The translations under genes and the position numbers were made by a program. This document shows positions 60,455 to 64,000 of a stretch of 64,000 nt of DNA, in pieces. Source of the DNA: an uncultured Poribacteria bacterium (GTDB taxonomy: Bacteria; Poribacteria; WGA-4E; WGA-3G). The stretch lies in contig CATQHZ020000001.1 of assembly GCA_958296135.2 (NCBI GenBank), positions 2,048,001-2,112,000 on the forward strand, written 5' to 3'. Under the pieces are notes generated by a model. The model made no database searches and was not told where the DNA came from. It saw nothing but the letters and a program-made list of their open reading frames with translations. Numbering within the stretch: position 1 is the first letter of the stretch; each line of letters starts with the position of its first letter.

Positions 60455-61477
60455 ATGAAAGACACCGACATTTTAATCCCCACGAGCACCATCGGCAGCT
60501 ACGCACCGCCGAGTTGGCTCTGCGTCACATTGGAGGCAATCGGCCGGAGAGAACTCGGCGAAACCGATATTAACGAAACCTTCAACGACGCAGTCCGCAT
60601 CGCCATCACCGACCAGGAGCGTGCCGGCGTGGACATCATCACGGAAGGCGAAATGCGCCGGCAGGATTTCGTGATTGGGTTCTACGATCAACTCACCGGT
60701 TTAGAGCAGCTGCCTGCACCCAGAACGCAAGGCCCGGATGGACACGATCAGCGCGGTAAATGGCTCCCCACTGTGCCACTCGCCGCGCCCGATGGACTCG
60801 GCATCGTCGCAGAGTTTGAATTCGCGAAAACTGAAGCGACGAAACCGCTCAAGGTGACATGCCCCGGCCCGTTTACCCTCTCCGGGCGCATCCAGACTGG
60901 CGGCATTTACAAAGAACGCCTTGAGGTGGCTTACGCGTGTGCAGATATTATCAACGCCGAACTCCGACAACTCGCAGCAGCAGGCGCGGAATTTATCCAA
61001 CTTGACGAACCCTCTTACGCTGTCTATCCCGACCGGCCGCAGGAGTTCGTGAAGCTGTTTAACCACACGGTAAAAGGAGTTGCAGCGAAGATAGGCGTGC
61101 ATATCTGTTTCGGAAACTATCGCGGTAGAGCCGTGGGGAAACGTTCCTATCGTCCGTTGTTTCCGCATATCCTTGACGCGAATTTCGACCAGGTCGCGCT
61201 AGAATTTGCGAACCGGGAACTTGCAGAAATTGAGTTGTGGAGCGAGTTTCCAAACGATAAAGAGCTCGCCGCCGGGCTCATTGATGTCAAAAACTACTAC
61301 GTCGAGACACCGGAAGATGTCGCAGCACTGCTCCGCCGAACCCTCAAGCATGTCCGCCCTGAGAAACTCTCCATTACGCCGGACTGCGGGTTTAGCCAAA
61401 CTGCACGGTGGGCAGCCGTGGCGAAACTGAAGGCGATGGTAGCCGGCACAGAAATCGTCCGGCGTGAGTTAATGTAA
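60455..61477 (+). CDS. cobalamin-independent methionine synthase II family (MetE C-terminal domain only)
   Basis: IGSY, DIITEGEMRR, IQLDEP, HICFGN (HxC), TPDCG. Confidence 0.88.
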   Translation: MKDTDILIPTSTIGSYAPPSWLCVTLEAIGRRELGETDINETFNDAVRIAITDQERAGVDIITEGEMRRQDFVIGFYDQLTGLEQLPAPRTQGPDGHDQRGKWLPTVPLAAPDGLGIVAEFEFAKTEATKPLKVTCPGPFTLSGRIQTGGIYKERLEVAYACADIINAELRQLAAAGAEFIQLDEPSYAVYPDRPQEFVKLFNHTVKGVAAKIGVHICFGNYRGRAVGKRSYRPLFPHILDANFDQVALEFANRELAEIELWSEFPNDKELAAGLIDVKNYYVETPEDVAALLRRTLKHVRPEKLSITPDCGFSQTARWAAVAKLKAMVAGTEIVRRELM

Positions 61478-61489
61478 ACTCCAATTTCC

Positions 61490-61563
61490 GTAGGGCGAGG
61501 GCCGTTACACCGAAACGCTGGCATCTGTGCCGATTTTCCTGCAGAGATGTCCACTGCCCTCGC
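61490..61563 (+). repeat. family D REP with nested hairpin insert
   Basis: GTAGGGCGAGGGCC[GTTACACCGAAACGCTGGCATCTGTGC...GCAGAGATGTCCAC]TGCCCTCGC. Confidence 0.75.
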
Positions 61564-61592
61564 CATACCGTGGTATCAGAAAAGGAAAACCG

Positions 61593-63158
61593 ATGAAAAA
61601 TAAAATACCGACACCGGAAGAAATTCAGAAAGATCTTCAAGACTTCGTGAATCGGAAGTACGGCGGAACGGTCCAATTAGGCAACCTCGCCGCCGCCGCG
61701 CAGGCACCGTCACCAGAATCAACCGAAGATGTCCCGTCGCCGAAGAAGACGTTCGATTTGAAGTTCGACCTCAAACCGAAGGAGATCAAGAAATACTTGG
61801 ACCGGTATGTAATCAAGCAGGCGGACGCGAAGAAGGCACTCGCCATCGCTGTCTGCGACCACTACAACCACGTCCGAGAATGCCACGAGAACCCCGATGC
61901 CGCCGATGCCGATTATTCCAAGCAGAACATCGTCATGCTCGGTCCGACTGGGGTTGGCAAGACATATCTCATCCGCCACATCGCCAAGTTAATCGGCGTG
62001 CCGTTTGTCAAAGCCGATGCAACCCGATTCAGCGAAACAGGATACGTCGGCGCGAACGTCGATGACCTGATTCGCGAACTCGTCACGCAGGCGGATGATA
62101 ACCTTGAATTGGCGCAATATGGGATTGTCTATCTGGATGAAGCCGATAAAATCGCCACGCCGCCTAACATCATCGGCCGTGATGTGAGCGGCCGCGGCGT
62201 GCAGACTGGGCTACTGAAATTAATGGAGGAGACCGAGGTAGACCTGCGCGCCAGCCACGATGTCGCCTCACAAATGCGGGCGGCGATGGAATTTCAGCAG
62301 CGCGGCAAGGTAGAAAAAGAGGTCATCAACACCCGACACATCCTCTTTATCATCAGCGGTGCTTTCACCGGCATGGAGAAGAGCATCAAAAAACGGATGC
62401 ATCAGAGCCGAATCGGGTTCAGTGCGAACGTCGTCAGCCAAACCGAAGACGCGGGCCACTATTTTCAGCACGTTACCCCGAAGGATTTCATTGACTACGG
62501 ATTTGAGCCCGAGTTTATCGGACGGCTGCCGGTGCACGTTATCTGCAGCGAATTGGAAGTGGAAGATCTTTTCCACATTTTGAAGCACTCGGAAGGCTCC
62601 ATTATTCGGCAGTATGAGCAAGCGTTTCAGGCGTATGGTATCACGGTGATGTTTGCGGATAGCGGGCTGCACCGCATCGCTGAAAAGGCGATTGAGCAGA
62701 AAACCGGCGCGCGGGCCCTGATGACCGTTTGTGAAAAGGCATTGCGGGACTACAAGTTTGAGTTGCCATCCACCGGCATGCAGGAGTTCGTCGTCACCGC
62801 CGATGTTATCGATACACCGCAGGCGGAGTTGCAGCGGATAACCGAAGATGGCACCTACAACCGCAACATTGTGATGCACGAGCAAATCCGCCGGTATGAA
62901 GCGCGTTTCCATGCCGAACACCAACTGCAAATTCGGTTCAATGACGATGCCACTGCGCTGCTCTGCGAACGCGCCATCGCGAACGAACAGACGGTTCACC
63001 AACTCTGCGATGCACTGCTGGAGAGTTATCAGCACGGATTGAATCTCATCAAGCAGAATACGGGGCAATCGGTGTTCACTTTTCCAAAAGCAGTCGTGGA
63101 AAATCCAGACACGGTGCTGGAAGAGTGGATCCGCAAGTCTTACACCAAAAAACGTTAA
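61593..63158 (+). CDS. ClpX-like AAA+ ATPase lacking the N-terminal zinc finger
   Basis: LDRYVIKQ, GPTGVGKT, ETGYVG, YLDEADKI, RDVSGRGVQ, IGF loop, PEFIGRLPV, TGARAL. Confidence 0.88.
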   Translation: MKNKIPTPEEIQKDLQDFVNRKYGGTVQLGNLAAAAQAPSPESTEDVPSPKKTFDLKFDLKPKEIKKYLDRYVIKQADAKKALAIAVCDHYNHVRECHENPDAADADYSKQNIVMLGPTGVGKTYLIRHIAKLIGVPFVKADATRFSETGYVGANVDDLIRELVTQADDNLELAQYGIVYLDEADKIATPPNIIGRDVSGRGVQTGLLKLMEETEVDLRASHDVASQMRAAMEFQQRGKVEKEVINTRHILFIISGAFTGMEKSIKKRMHQSRIGFSANVVSQTEDAGHYFQHVTPKDFIDYGFEPEFIGRLPVHVICSELEVEDLFHILKHSEGSIIRQYEQAFQAYGITVMFADSGLHRIAEKAIEQKTGARALMTVCEKALRDYKFELPSTGMQEFVVTADVIDTPQAELQRITEDGTYNRNIVMHEQIRRYEARFHAEHQLQIRFNDDATALLCERAIANEQTVHQLCDALLESYQHGLNLIKQNTGQSVFTFPKAVVENPDTVLEEWIRKSYTKKR

Positions 63159-63256
63159 TCTCAGTCCTTACGCAAATGTTAGAAACTCGGAGACGCGCTT
63201 ACAACGCGCACTACCGAGTCACTGTCGCGTAAGTCCTAACGAATAGGAAATAAATC

Positions 63257-63991
63257 ATGCACACTGAAAAGGGGAGACCGGCACGGCCAGAACCATTGGA
63301 CATCCGCGAGGCTGGCGCGCCTATTGATGGAGAACCGCAAGTCAGTAACAAGCGATTGTTCTGCCAACTCCACGTCTTTTCTGGCTGCAGAGACCCTGGA
63401 GTTCTCTCCAAGTCACTAGAGGCAACCGGGATGAACACGGTGCTCTACGAAGAGCTCAATCATCCCTCAAGTATCGGCGTTCTCTTCATGGCAGAGGAGA
63501 CAACTACGCTCATAACAGAGATGCGTTCCGCCTTGACATCAATAGCGTTCTCGAAACTGACATACCGTCCGGAAATGACGATGATTGGGCGCACCTACGC
63601 CACCGGGCGAGAACCAGACCTGGAGCAGTGGCTCATCAACAAGCCGCTCCAGAACGCGCTCAACCCGGATTGCCCATGGGCGATTTGGTACCCGTTGCGG
63701 CGGAAACCCGAGTTTTACCGGCTTGAGCCGCGCGAGCGGGGCCGAATTTTGGGCGAACACGCAAGGCTCGGACGGAATTATGCCGCTGGCGGCTACGCCA
63801 GTGACATCCGCTTGGCATGCTTCGGATTGGACCCGAACGACAACGAGTTCGTCATCGGCTTGGTGGGCGCGGAGTTGTACCCGTTATCGCGCCTCATCCA
63901 AGACATGCGCCAAACGGAACAGACAACAAAGTATATTGAATCGCTAGGGCCTTTTTTTGTCGGGAAGGTTCGGCAGCGTTTTACCCCGTAG
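63257..63991 (+). CDS. chlorite dismutase / coproheme decarboxylase (ChdC/HemQ) family protein
   Basis: WYPLRRK...FYRL...ERGRILGEH...G, FGLD, MRQTE, GPFFVG. Confidence 0.8.
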   Translation: MHTEKGRPARPEPLDIREAGAPIDGEPQVSNKRLFCQLHVFSGCRDPGVLSKSLEATGMNTVLYEELNHPSSIGVLFMAEETTTLITEMRSALTSIAFSKLTYRPEMTMIGRTYATGREPDLEQWLINKPLQNALNPDCPWAIWYPLRRKPEFYRLEPRERGRILGEHARLGRNYAAGGYASDIRLACFGLDPNDNEFVIGLVGAELYPLSRLIQDMRQTEQTTKYIESLGPFFVGKVRQRFTP

Positions 63992-64000
63992 GCGCGCCCA

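Noticed and set aside
1-64000. Autonomous transposase/RAYT, integrase, prophage, tRNA or rRNA
   Set aside because: No HUH, DDE, tyrosine recombinase, phage structural or stable-RNA signatures recognised by eye

Overview
Gene-dense bacterial chromosome segment with about 50 CDS. I found no rRNA, tRNA, CRISPR array or transposase gene. The gene content includes two PhyH dioxygenases, two Gfo/Idh/MocA oxidoreductases, an FGE-sulfatase lipoprotein, FRG-TPR and DUF6785-like proteins, and a WD40 protein ending in the NYPNPFNPETWIPYQL C-terminal domain. This set suggests Candidatus Poribacteria (inference). Housekeeping genes include rpsT, rsmB, thiE-like, pckG, adk, xylA-like, gcvT-like, nfuA-like, a sigma70 factor and clpX-like. 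The most striking feature is at least five families of short GTAG/GTAA-headed palindromic REP-like elements. They form intergenic tandem arrays and mosaics, carry nested secondary hairpin inserts, and supply the stop codon of five genes. They also sit in-frame inside about nine protein-coding genes, including a GT39 glycosyltransferase with five tandem copies plus three separate insertions. Other notable items are a DUF4097-CBM9-POTRA-Omp85 fusion, an archaeal-like beta-RFAP (methanopterin) synthase, and a TolC/MFP/ABC/S55-peptidase operon with tandem sigmaE-type promoters. The window also has a pseudo-caspase membrane protein, a radical SAM enzyme with a duplicated helical tail, and decayed toxin genes. 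All product calls come from motif recognition by eye, not database searches.
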